64,000 nucleotides of DNA from Lama guanicoe (taxonomy: Eukaryota), in assembly GCA_013239625.1 (NCBI GenBank), contig MU054212.1, forward strand, positions 9,906,898 to 9,970,897, read 5' to 3'. The notes under the pieces are model-generated. The model saw only the letters and a program-made list of their open reading frames with translations, did no database searches and was not told the origin of the DNA. The position numbers and the translations under genes are program-made. The first letter of the stretch is position 1; every line of letters starts with the position of its first letter. Of the stretch, positions 1 through 11,826 are shown in pieces.

Positions 1-280
1 GATGGCTTCCATGATGATTACGCCACCCCCAGCCCCACCTACTGTCTAACATGTAACCCTCTGGCTGCCTCTCAATTCTCCCAAGTCTGCAGCTGCCTTC
101 AGCAGTCCAGGCTGCACACTTACCACTTCCTGCATCTGAGGCCGGAGCCACGGGGGAGAGATCTGGAGAGGGGTGTCCGGAACAAGATAAACTGAAGCCA
201 TTTTGGGGTTACTTCGTGGGTAAGAGAGCATCTGCCTTCTAAAGACCAAACTGAGCCCAGGTGTCAACATGAGCGAGAGG

Positions 281-294
281 CCACCAGTGGGCGC
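281..294 (+). promoter_or_regulatory. CTCF-like motif CCACCAGTGGGCGC
   Basis: One mismatch to the CCASYAGRKGGCRS core; motif match only. Confidence 0.35.
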
Positions 295-889
295 TTGTGT
301 CTGGGTCTCTGAGGTGGGTCTCCTGTTCTGTCTTCACTCCCAGTGTCATCTCTAAATGTTGGTTGATGCCTACATTCCTACTACAAGAACATACGTCTTT
401 GAACCTCATTAAAATGCACGTACCCCGGAAAGGAGGCGAGATGTATGTTTTATGATGTCACTCTTGAGTGTGAATAAATATGTCAGTATCCTGAAGGTGC
501 TACTAGGAAGAGGAGGGACCCTGAAAGGCAGAGGGTCCTGCTGCAGGAGAGAAGAGCAGGGGGAGAGTCCAGAAGGTAGTGACTGGGGGGCCCCAGAAGT
601 TTTCCCACCTCCGTTGTTGGGGGGAGGGCACCTGTTGCTCCCCCCAGTCTCTGCCCCCCTCACATAGCGACTTCCAAAAGGCCTTCCGACTCCCAGTGAC
701 ACCCTTGTCAATAAGCTTGCATTGCAGAACCACATTTTGACAACACATTTCCCAAATTTAGTCCCCTAATCCACTCCCAGAATATATTCTACTTTGCACC
801 CAACAGATGGATTAGAAGCTTAAATCTTCTGCTTGTTCGGAAACCAACCAGAAACCAAAAATGTAAACACTCACACCCTTGCAGGTGTG

Positions 890-1020
890 AGTGCCGTGGC
901 GGGGGTGGGGGAGACGCCTGGGTAGGCATGTGTGTGAGGACGTGTGCACGTCGGGGCGCTGAGTGCCGCCGCAGGCGTGGGGACCCGGGTGTCATCTGGG
1001 CCCGAGCGGGCGGAGGGGCA
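890..1020. promoter_or_regulatory. Small CpG-rich, GC-rich patch (candidate promoter/enhancer)
   Basis: About 14 CpGs in ~130 bp against a CpG-depleted background; GGGCGG box near 1008. Confidence 0.4.
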
Positions 1021-3039
1021 ATGAGCTGCTTTCTATGAATCCTTCTTGGCTCCCGTGATTTAGGTCTGTGTGTACCAGGTGGGTGTGTAGGGTTGTATGA
1101 GGTCCAAGGCATGAGCCTGAATCCCGATCAGCTGATGTACTGGGGGTCACTGCGGAGTCAGAGGCCTGAGCTGGGGGGTTCGAGCCCACAGCCCACCCTC
1201 AACATCAGATTCAGAACCAGACGCTAGACTCCAGCCCAGGGCTCACTCCTCTCTGCCAGCTTCTGTTGGAGACCTGGGGGCTTTGAGGGTTTCCCTGTCT
1301 CCATTTTTGACGGGTTCCAGGTTATCATCATGTCAAAGACCACATCTCATCTCCCCTCCATGCATAAAATCTGCTGAAATCTCTGCAAATGGCAAATCTC
1401 TGTTATTTTGAAGGTTGCTGGAGGAGGGGGGGCAGGTGGAAGAGGGGGTTCCAGGGGCACTCATGAGAAATGCAGGGGAACACTGCAGGAGCTGGGTCAT
1501 TGGGGGAAGCAGAGAAGATCTCGGGGAGGTCCCTGAGAAATTTCAGAATCCCTTCCCCACTGTCTTACTTTTTGCCTCATCATTGAAAAATTGCTCAGAA
1601 GGCAATAAAAACAAGGTGTTCTAATTAAACAGATTTGTTTACATGTTGTGGCACGAAAAGCTAATTCAACCTGATATACTGTATGTTCCTGCTGTACTTT
1701 TTCTCCTTTCCTTTATATAAAACTGCCCATTTTTAACTAGTATTGTACTTAAGCATCTTTAAGAGTGTCCTTGATTAAAAGAAGACAAGCAATTTCCTAC
1801 TTCCCACAGCTTTCAGGGGGTTGTGTCAACAGGATGGGAAGGATCGTGGTTGTGGGCAGGGACTCCGTGACATTTCTCTTGCCATTTCTCATGACAGTTC
1901 TTGCCAGAAACGTGGGCTCTCCTGCCAGCTAGGACCCCTAGGTGGGCTCCCACCGGGACCAAGGCACAGAAGACAAGGGTGCTGAGAGTGGGTGGTTCTC
2001 TGATCTGCTGTCCCTGCACCTGAGAAAGAGTAGGGGCGTTAGCGCAGTCCTACCCAGGAGGACAGTGGTCCCAGTGCCCTTGTAGTCCCGTGGTGTCCTG
2101 GGAGAGTCCGCAGAGAGGAGCGGGCATGGAGAAACTTAGAGGCGCATTCATAATGTCATGTGTGTGATGCTGCCTGCACTGGCTCCCCTCCCCATGCCGG
2201 TCTGCAGGGGGGGCTTTCCTCTGTGGCATCCTGCACGCTCATAGCCATGGATTCAATAGTGGTGCTGATTTATTTCTTCAGAAAGATTTATTGAGATCCT
2301 CCTCTGTGCCGGCACCATGCTGGATGGGCTGATGATCTAGCCTCCAGTCCCACTCTTCCCCAGCCAAGCCTGCCCAGCCCAGCCCAGCCAAGCCAGGTTT
2401 CTCACATGCACTGCTTTCCTCTGATCTCACAACTTCACTCCACCTTGAAACACTGGCTCTCTCCACGGGATACTTTCTTCTCCCAGCCTTATGAGTCTCC
2501 AGCCACAGTTCAGAGCCCTCCACGCTGCTTGTCTCCCGTTGGTCCCCAGATCCACTCCTCGCTTGCCCTCTGCCCTGCTGGATACCCTCAACCACCACGT
2601 GAGCCCTCTGGCTTCCGATTGGCTGGGTCAATGAGGAGGGACTTAGGGGAGGGTCAAGGAGTTTCCTCTCCTCCTTCCCTCCCTTGGGCTCACATCGCCT
2701 GTCATTGTAAGCCCCTGCCCCCGTCAGTGCTCTGCACAAGCCTCTCTCCCTTTCAGTGCCCGTGACCTTTAGCCCGAGGCCAGTCACAGCTCCACTGCTG
2801 CTCTCCCTGGCCCTCCTTTGGCTTTCTCGTCACCCTACCTGCTCCGCTGTAATAAATGCTCTGCCAGGAAACCCTCTAATTGGAGTGTCCCATCCTCCCC
2901 TGGAAGGTCCCTGACGTACATCCCCAAATCCACCTTCCAGGTGCTCCTCTCTTGCTTTGGAAGTGCTCTACGCTTTTTTTTTTTTAACTTGGCACACATG
3001 TAGAAAGATTTTCTCTACTCATTCAAACAGTAATTATAA

Positions 3040-3165
3040 TCCTGACATTCTCCTTGTCTCTCCTGTTAGAACGGGAACTCTTCAGAAGAGGCCTGGGAAT
3101 TTTATTCTCATACCTTTTCTAGGACTGGGTAGAAAGTAGGTGCTCATACAAGTGCCTGTGGGTGG
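3040..3165 (+). mobile_element. L2 LINE 3' fragment
   Basis: Degenerate L2 terminus ...agtaggtgctcatacaagtg. Confidence 0.5.
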
Positions 3166-3209
3166 ACAGAGGAACCATCACACTAGCAAGGTCAGGCTGG
3201 AAGAATGGG

Positions 3210-3590
3210 CTTAGAGTCAAATTTCAAATTCAAAGATAGGGTTCAAACCTATTTTCTCTTTTCAGGAGGCTGAACCACCTTGGCCAAGTCATTGCTCTTA
3301 GATTCTTTAAAAAATTTTTTAAATTAAATATATTTTGTGGGGGGGTCATTAGGTCTGTTTATTTATTTATTATTCATTTTTTAAAAAGTGGAGGTACTGG
3401 GGCTTGAACCCAGGACCTCGTGCATGCTACGCAGGCACTCTACCATTTGAGCTATACCCTTCCCCCGCTCTTAGATTCTTAACTTGCAAAACTGAGATAA
3501 TGCAAGTCACTGCACCTCTCCAGTTTTCACTTTCATCATTACAAAAGTGTAATTGTGGTACTGATTTTGTGAGGAATCAATAAAACCTGA
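3210..3590 (+). mobile_element. MIR fragment(s), interrupted by a young SINE
   Basis: ccttggccaagtcattg...cttgcaaaactgagataat resembles the MIR core; split at 3308-3466. Confidence 0.55.
3308..3466 (-). mobile_element. tRNA-Ala(AGC)-derived SINE (camelid vic-1 type)
   Basis: Minus strand reads gggtatagctcaaatggtagagtgcctgcgtagcatgcacgaggtcctgggttcaagccccagtacctcca plus an A-rich tail; perfect 14-bp TSD gctcttagattctt at 3294-3307 and 3467-3480. Confidence 0.92.
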
Positions 3591-3709
3591 TAGGAGATCA
3601 TTTCTTAACTCTATGCATTTGAATTAAATCTCGATATACAATTTGAAAACTCGAAAGCTGATTCCAAAGTATGAAAACTATGTGTATATGCTACCTTTGT
3701 TAACAGATT

Positions 3710-3875
3710 ATCATTTATTGAGTATTTTGTGTAAGAGTTTTATTAATGTTTTCTCATTTGATTTTATGCAGTAGGCACTAATTGCCCCATTTTGTGGAAG
3801 AGAAAACTAGTTTTAGAGCTTAAAGAACTTACTCGAAGTCACAGAGTGAGGAAGTGGCAGAGTCCAACTTTATAC
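3710..3875 (-). mobile_element. MIR SINE
   Basis: atttattgag...ccccattttgtggaagagaaaact...gtcacagagtgaggaagtggcagag, antisense MIR core. Confidence 0.75.
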
Positions 3876-4449
3876 TCAGGGTGTCCAAATCAGGGCTGCT
3901 GCCCCTGGCTGTGGGATTTGCCTCAGTGGGGCTTCGCCAGTGCCTTCAGCCAGAGATGTCTCCAGGAAGTCACCTGTCCGCTTCCACACGTACTGGGTAC
4001 TTGCTTGTCTCATTCATCTCCAGGAGGGGGTTTCTCATCTGGAACTTTCTCTCGGAGCCCTCCAGGCTGGGAGGTGTGGACAGCTGAGAGGAAGAGGGAG
4101 GGAGATGTCTTTCCTTTCTTACATCCTCATCTTCCAGCTGAAGTACTGGCTTTGTTCAAGGCTATAGAAGGGAATCCCAATCAAATCTTGGAGGTGTAGA
4201 CCATCACCAGAAAGTCAGTCCATTTGCATATGTACATGGTGGGCTGTCCAAAGATTTTGAAAAAGACTCATCAGAGTATCTAGCCCACAATGTAAGGGCA
4301 TTGGGAGTTTTATAGCAGGAGCTGTTAGCATCAGATGGACTCTGACAAAATGCAGATTCCTTGGTGGTAGCCAAGGCAGTATAATGTTTGCTGCTATTGT
4401 CATTATTTGGCCGCCTTAACGTACGTGGGCCTCAGCCTCTGATTGGTGC

Positions 4450-5075
4450 TGTTAGGGCCAGCAGACCCTAAAGCCAGAATAGGCCACAAGACAAAGATCT
4501 GTTTAAGCAAGGACTCATTTTTGTTGGACCAAAAGTCCAGAGATGGGTCAGACTCTGCATAAATTCATCAGAATTCAGAGTGACACCTGCTTAGATTTTA
4601 GGCAAATTTAGGAACCAGCAGACTCAATAGCCTAACTATTTGGGTCGAGGGAGGCAACAGGGTGTCAGAGAGAGGGAACTCAGAAAGTCAGAACCAGTGT
4701 CTGGGACTCACACCAGAGGGATGTAAATTGGAGTAGGGTTCTCAAGACAGACTCTCACAACAGTCGCAGGGAGGGCATTGAAATGTTTCTCAGGACAGGT
4801 GCAGTTGCCCTCTGCCTTGTGTTTTAGTGCTTGTGTCATGGGTGCGGACCCACAGAAGCCGGGTGGGGTTACTGCTACTCTGAAGCATGCTCACAGACTG
4901 AACACCATTCTTGGTTTGAGGACACGAATTTGAATGACGGAGCAGGTCTCAGGGAAGAAGGTGGGGTAAGGTGGAAAGATGCATGCAGACATCGCACAGT
5001 GGTCTATGATACACAACAGCTGGTCTGGCTTAAGCTTGTAACTTGAATTAGACGGCGGTTGTTCAAATTTGGCCA
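4450..5075. mobile_element. Probable ancient ERVL-type LTR fragment
   Basis: Starts tgttaggg; composition resembles old LTRs; family not identified. Confidence 0.3.
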
Positions 5076-5104
5076 ACCGGTTCTGGTTATCTACTGCAGA
5101 GAAC

Positions 5105-5565
5105 CATAAGGAAAAAGAAACCCGTATGTTATTGATTCTCTGGATTGGCTGGGCTCAGCTGGGTGGTTCTTGGTTGGGCTCTCTTTCCTGGTTGCAGTCA
5201 GATGGTGGCTGGTTCTGGAGTTAACTGAAGGCTCACCTGGGCTGGTGGAGTCCTTACTCACATGTCTGGTACCTCAGTGGGCAGGGCTACCATAGCTGAG
5301 GTCCATGTACTCATCTTTCTTTCCTGTGTAGCCTCTCCATGTGGCAGCTTGGGCTTCCCACAGCGTGTCGGTCTCAGGGTGGTTGGACTTGTTACATGGT
5401 AGCTGCCTTCCCCAGACGAAGTGTTCCCGGAGGCCTGGGCAGGTGCTTCTTATGATCCAGCTGCAGAAGTCATAAAGCAAGACTCTTATTGGTCAAAAGC
5501 GAGTTAGAGAACCAGCCCAGGGGTGGTTCACTGTGGGGCCATTTCTGAAGACTGGTTATAACATA
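5105..5565 (-). mobile_element. MaLR LTR (MLT1G/H/I-like)
   Basis: ggctgggctcagctgggtggttctt...gcagtcagatggtggctgg...ttgggcttcccacagcgtg, typical of antisense MLT1. Confidence 0.75.
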
Positions 5566-5789
5566 TCTTCTCAGTTGTGCGAACGTAGACGAGGTATGTA
5601 GAGCATTCAGTGCCTCAGTTTCTGCATCTGTGGATTGGGAAAGGAAACGAATGCCTGCTTCCCTGGGTTGCTTACATGTTAACATACACACGTCACGGGA
5701 TTCCTAGCACAACTAAGGGGTTCTCCCACTTGGGAACTTATTTCTCGTGCGTTGCCTTGATGGAGTACTTGAATTTCTCCCTAATATTT

Positions 5790-5905
5790 TAGTACATCTG
5801 CGTGTTGTCTTCCCAGCCAAGCTGTAAGCTCCTTGAGGTCAAAGATTATCTGACCCTTTTCTCTTTAAATTTCTTTCAGTTGCCCTCAATAAATGCCAAC
5901 TGAAA
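5790..5905 (+). mobile_element. L2 3' fragment
   Basis: gctgtaagctccttgagg...ctcaataaatgcc. Confidence 0.6.
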
Positions 5906-6029
5906 GAAAATAAGAAGGAAAAAGAGATAATGGAGCTGGGGACCATGCTAACAGAAACGGCGTCTATAATTTCCTTTGGGCCCAGCGTCCCACCCAGGCT
6001 CCCGGAGAGCTGCCCTTTGCCTTTTCTAG

Positions 6030-6370
6030 AAAAAACTAATCAGTTTTCCTAGATTGTAAAGGGGCCATTATTAATCTAGTTAATAGATTGCACTGTTTTT
6101 ATGAGGACTTTCGCCCATTAATTGTTTCCATGCAAATGGATGCCGTTAATTACAAATTAATCTTATCTTTTTGTTAAGGCAGGGCCATCAGGACCTCCAC
6201 TTGGCAATACTTGTTGGCACTTGATATGAATCAATGCGGATACTTGAAAGTAATAAAACTGCATTTCTTTAAAGATAGTTAATAAATCAGATCTTCATTA
6301 ATGCAGATAGGCCAGACCCCCCTGCTTGTCTAATTTAAAGAGGTTCTAATTCATTACTGTGATTCATGTG
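6030..6370. promoter_or_regulatory. Candidate conserved enhancer (homeodomain/Sox/Oct cluster)
   Basis: Repeat-free AT-rich block with about a dozen TAAT/ATTA cores and an octamer ATGCAAAT at 6130-6137 next to AATTGTT. Confidence 0.5.
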
Positions 6371-9300
6371 TGCCCCTGGGGACGGTGGCCAGCAGGGCAG
6401 GGCACGTAGTAGGCAGTTAATAAATCCTGTATCTTTCAGTTTCTCCCACAGTGGGAGGCTGTCCACTGCTTTCTCCTCATCAGAAAGCCTCCTTTAGATC
6501 CTCACCAGCCGTGAGACCACTTTTCACGTGGTCATAGCGGACCTTATAAAGAGGAAACATAACCCTCCAGCAAAGTCTGTTGCTCCTAAGTGACATTTGT
6601 GCCGGGTGCTCAAGTGTCCTCAGTTGAGAAACTAAGGGTGGGGGACAGCCGGGGCACTGGTGGGGTCTGAGCGATGGCTGTTACTGGTTGAGGCAGCTGG
6701 GTGGGGACCGTTGTCCCTCCCTGTGTCATCTACCTGAGTATGTTGTACAAACAAATGGGCAGAGTGACCCAGTTTTTCCCCAGGACCGATTAGCGATCCA
6801 TTTTCCAGCGATGCCTCTAAACCATGTCTCAGCCTGTTTCTCTGCACGAGCACGTTTCCCTTGGCCGGAGAGCTGGTTCCTCCTCATCGTATTTATTGCC
6901 AGCCCGGGACTGGGCTCCCACTCGTCTGCCTCCGGCCACTGGGATCTCAGGAGCCTAAGTCCTGGCTTCCTCTGTTTATGGAACAAGCGCAGGCCAGCAG
7001 AAGCAGGGGACTTGCTCGTCCCGCTCCATTTGATGTAATAGTCCTTTGCAATGGGGAGGGGTCCAGATCCACCACCAAAATGCGGGGCCCCGTGTGCAAG
7101 AGTGGGCGGGCAGAAGGAAACATGGCTTCTGTGTTGAATCTGGGGAGCCGGCAGCGTGATGAAACACTTCCCTCTGTTTTGCCAAATTCATTTCTCTAAA
7201 GTTCCACTGTGCGCAGAACCATTTGTTTCCACATTGTTTTTATTAAACAAGAAAGGCGAGCTTTATTACTGCGCAAATGAAAGCAGCCGGCAAAGACAGA
7301 TACTTCCCAGATTCTTATTAATCTCCAAGAGTTATGGGGCCTTGGAAATTAACATACTCCACAGAATTCTCCTAGTGAGTCACCGGGTGCAGCTCTTCTC
7401 CCTGTGGGCAGTGGTCACTGCCCTGCCCCGGCCAGCTCCAGGAGGGCTCTGCACGGACTCCAGGACTCCTACCCTCTTGCCCTGCCCCACGACCCCACCC
7501 TCTCTTGGGCTGAATGTGTGCTAACCTCACACTTCATTGCACAATCCTGGATTCATGCGTACACCAATTCTGGGCATTGCTGGGAAGTGTGGATTTAGGT
7601 GTCATTCAATTCACTTCCATATGCAATTAAATATGTATGGATTATTTACTGTCGTCGTATGGGAGAGCCTTGACGTCTGTGAGATTATATCCCAAGGCCT
7701 TTGTGAGTCTCAAACGCATGGGAAAAACAGTCATGTATAATTCCCTCTTTCTACAAAAGCCGTCAGTCATTCATTCTACACATATTTACTCAGTGCCATC
7801 CAGGAGTGGTCCACAGCATTCTCTGCCCTCAGGGAGCCCTGGGTGTGACAAGGAGGCCGAGGAGACATGGGAGAGTTTGAAAGAAGGGATGACAAAAATC
7901 TGTCTTACAATTTTCGGGAATACCAGCCACAATTTTCGCCACGCCATCAGGGATGAAGACTAGAAGAAAGACAACTAGTCAGGAGGATGTTGTAACAGCT
8001 CAAGGGGCGGTTAGTTTGACTAGGGTGGGAAGGTGGTGGCAGGTGGAGGAATTCAAGACACAGTATGAATATGGAGGTGACACACATGGCAAGTGCCCAT
8101 GGCTCCTTCAGACTTCTAACGAGAGGGGTGGGGTGCACATGGGGACGGATGGATGCTGGCTTGTCAGTGAGGCTCACTCACTGGGAACACGACTGACCCA
8201 GCCTTTTTGGCCCCTGAGGGAATTCAGGTCCCAGCCAAATGGTGACTTCTTGTTATACCATGGGATTCCGGGGTCTCTTGCAAGCAGTCAAAGGTGGAGT
8301 AGCAGACTCCGTGAATGCCAGGTCTGCGGTGCATACGATTTGAATAGCAGATATTAATTGAAAGCATTTTCAAGCTGGTTTTCTGTTAAAGAAGTTAAGT
8401 AGCGCAAGTGTCAGTTTACAGGTGAGAAGAGAAAGGCTCAGAAGATCCAGGTGACTTTCCCAAAGGCAAGATAATTAGGTCCAAGGCGAAAGCCTGGATC
8501 TCCGGCAAGCCCAGATTCCCAAGCATGGCTTTTCCTTCACTTACAGCATGTGACCCCTTACTACACACCATGCGCTGCCCTGGGATGGAGCGGGCTTGGT
8601 GAAAAGGAAGAGCAACGCCAGGGGAGAGCTGGTCCTTGTCCTAGAGTTGCTAATAGTTTCTTTGCAGATAAGACTCCTATACACACGCAACTCTTAAGGA
8701 GAAGTGTGTTCTGGAATGGCGCTATTTAAAGTCCAAAGTGGTGTTTGATCGGGTGCAAGGGCTGGGCTTCTGACTACAGGTGCTGCAGCCATGAAGAATT
8801 TCATCCTCATGGAATGTTCCACGATGGGGTGCGAGTTCTGAGGCAGAGTATACAGGGCTAGGTCGTGTCTGTGTCGTTGTGAGTCGATCACTGTGTTTTG
8901 GTAATTTTTATTCTCTGATCTCATGTTCCCTCCTCCCCACCTGAACCCTTCCGCTTCAGGGAGGCCCGGGGCCCTAGGTCCCGCTCACAATGAGCTCACC
9001 TCTGCCATCAATGCCTTTGTTTACCCTGGTTCCCTTTGCGGGGAGGGCCCCGTCCCCCTACCCGTCTTTCCAGAGAGACACCAGCCCCGCTGTCCTAAAA
9101 AGTCATCTCCTGCTCTGCACGAACTCCTCTACTCCCTCAGTGGGTCAGAGGAGAAATGTGAGGAAGAACTTGGAGGGGATGCTTAGGGGTAAGAAACACA
9201 TCTGGAAAAGCTTGGACTGGGAAAGGGCAGGGATGTGAGCAGAAGTATGATTTGTTTCTTAAGCACCTGGACTTGGGCATTTCTGGATGCTTGAAGGAGG

Positions 9301-9574
9301 CTCCTGCAAGGTGAAGCCACAAAGCAGTTTAGATCATGGAGAAAGGACAGAGCTGAGCGCAAGCAGGGAGTCCAGCTCCTCTGGGCCAGTGGCTGCGCCC
9401 TCCGACCTGACTCTCCAGCGCCCCCGGGAATCCTGTCTAGTTAGTCTCTCTGCATCTTGTATTCCCAGATTATCGGAACCCCAGGGGTGGAGGCTCTGTG
9501 AAATACTCTCTGCAGCCCATAATGCTAGCATATTGCAGGGATCCTTGTAACCGCCCATCGAACTGACACACACA

Positions 9575-9830
9575 GTAAGAATCATAACGGAAACATGTGA
9601 CACTGGTTCAAGCCTGGCACTGTTCTGAGTATTTCACACGTATGTCTCCATCCAATCCCTGTAAGAGCTTTATCTGCTCAATACCGTAATTGGCCCTGTT
9701 TTACAAATGAGGACACCGAGGCCAAGGGGGATTGAGGAACTTGATTGAGGTCACATCTGCAGAATAATAAAGCCAAGTTTGAACCCAGGCAGGCTGGCTT
9801 CAGCATCCAGGCTCTTGACCGCTGAGCTGA
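9575..9830 (-). mobile_element. MIR SINE
   Basis: cctggcactgttctgag...ttttacaaatgaggacaccgaggc...tttgaacccaggcaggctggcttc. Confidence 0.85.
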
Positions 9831-9843
9831 ATGCTTTCCTACT

Positions 9844-9876
9844 TGTGTGTGTGTGTGTGTGTGCGCGCGCGTGCAC
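9844..9876. repeat. (TG)n(CG)n alternating purine-pyrimidine microsatellite
   Basis: tgtgtgtgtgtgtgtgtgtgcgcgcgcgtgcac seen directly. Confidence 0.95.
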
Positions 9877-11099
9877 CACAGGGCAGAGGGTCCACATCAG
9901 TACAGGAGGAGAAGTTAGAAATGACTGGAGGGAGAAATCCTGGTGGGCTTTGAGAAAGATCCTCTTTTTCAAAGGGTATATCCCTCTTAACAGCTTATGC
10001 AATTCCCACGGATAGGCATCTTCCTAAAATAGACCATTCCTTCCTATGCTATGTTTGTATCCGTCTCCTCCCGGTCTCATTTTTAGAACTTTAGGTAATC
10101 TTTACTCCTATTAGTTGTCTATGTTTTGAATTCTCTCAGGAAGTTCTTTCTGCGATGGCTTCTCATTTTGGCCACCAAAAGCGCCTGGGCCAGCAGGCTG
10201 TGTGGCTGGGGTCAGTAGGAGGGGAGCCTGGGGAACATGGTCGCTCTCAGGCCACTGTGAACCTCCTTTTCGTGAGAATTAGTTCTGTGCCCTCAAACAG
10301 TGCGGTGAGGAATGTGGGGACAGACCTCCCCGGCTTCCATCTCCCCCGGCTCCCCGCACAGGGTCATGGTCGATCCCCGCTGTTCAAAAAGGAGACATGG
10401 CCTCAGCCAGGAGCCCTCTCCAAGTCTGGTTTGCTCCACGGGCAAGGCTGAGGTTGGCTCAGGGACCAGCCTTAGTGGGCTCCAAAGTGAAATTCTCAGC
10501 TTAAGCTTTTTGTGGAATTTTCCTCATCGAGGATGGTGCAATTTCCAGAAAACAAATGTTCTTTTGGCCGATTGTGTTTGTTATCAGACAGCCTATCACT
10601 TGAAATACAGAGAGAAGATATGTTTTCTCGGCTGTAGGGCTGTTGTCTTAGGGGAGAAATTCCGTACAATGGAAGTTCAGCAAACCCAGTGATATGATTT
10701 AGGAGCCATTCACTAGGCCAGAGACACTTTTAAATCAGAAACGTGGCAAGGGGACAGGAGAGGAATCCGGAACAGTTGGTTATTTTGTCTACAAATCAAG
10801 AGTGCGGTAAACTTTCTCACTTTTAACTTCTGTGGAAACAATGACCATAAACAACGTGCAATGCTAAAAAACTAATTAAACAGACATCCTAAATCAACAA
10901 AAAAGGGTAAGTTGAATTTTAAGTAACATTTGCTCCCGTGAAATTGTACGTGGGGGCAATGGGAGGGGCAACGTGCTTCTCTTTGCCGGGCTGGCCCTGA
11001 TGCTGCCGCTTCTGTGAGTCGGACTTAGTAATGAGTTGGTCAGTCTGTCCTTATTACCACAGCTGTCTGTTTTTTACTGACCACTCCCCTCAAAGTCCT

Positions 11100-11137
11100 A
11101 CCACCATGACCGCCACCACCACCACCATCATCATCAT
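11100..11137. repeat. (CCA)n(TCA)n trinucleotide repeat
   Basis: ccaccaccaccaccatcatcatcat seen directly. Confidence 0.9.
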
Positions 11138-11394
11138 GCCTTCCTTCAAGCCATTTGTTGAACTAAAATATTCTTTTTTTCTGCTTATCTCAGTTTGACT
11201 CATCCTTACAGTTCTCTCAGTCCTTCCCTTGAGTCTACCCAACAGCTCTCCAGCGTTCCTGCCTCTTAAGGGATGCCTCAGTGATCATCTGGACCACTTA
11301 CTGCCCACTGGTTAGCATCCAGCTTCATGAAAGCGATTTACTCAGTTCTTATCTTTTTTTTTCTTCCTATCAGTTTCATTGCCCTTGCACCCCA

Positions 11395-11730
11395 TGCTAA
11401 TCAGAAAGGGCTGGGTTGTGCAGGAACGAGAGATTCCCAAATGTCAGTGGCTGAACACTATAAAGTTTTCTGTTTTTTGTTCAAGGATCCGAGCTAAGTG
11501 GTTCCCTCCAGCTAGTAACTTGCCTTGGGTTACAGGGCTGTTTTGGTCACTGTTCAGGGGTGGCTGGTGCTTCCCACTGACTCATCCTGGATGTGGCCTT
11601 TGTCATTCTTGCTCACATTTCGTTGGCCAGTTAGTCACACAACTGCCCACCTGCAAGGCAGTTGAAAAGTACAATTTTTCAGGTGCCTTGAAGGGGAGGA
11701 GAATTGGGGACCACTCTGATGCAGCCATAT
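11395..11730 (-). mobile_element. Old MaLR LTR (MLT1K/L-like)
   Basis: cccaaatgtcagtggctgaacac...ttcttgctcacatttcgttggccag...gtcacacaactgcccacctgcaagg. Confidence 0.65.
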
Positions 11731-11749
11731 CCCTCACTAGGTTTAAGAG

Positions 11750-11826
11750 TAACTTGGGTATCTTGTATTTCTTAGTGTCTCCCATCATGTTTTAGGTAAA
11801 ACATGCTCTCAACAAATGTTTGTTGA
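11750..11826 (+). mobile_element. L2 3' terminus (target of L1 insertion)
   Basis: tcttgtatttctt...ctcaacaaatgtttgttga; continues after 12953 as ctaaatg. Confidence 0.55.

Noticed and set aside
2278..2787. Overlapping 169-aa and 119-aa ORFs
   Set aside because: GC-rich stop-poor sequence including a (CCCAG)n run; no domain or splice support.
1621..10884. Exact 13-mer ctaattaaacaga at 1621 and 10872
   Set aside because: Dozens of 13-mer matches are expected by chance among all position pairs in 64 kb, so it is not significant alone.
11100..11137. Possible poly-His coding tract
   Set aside because: No surrounding ORF or splice sites; simple trinucleotide repeat.
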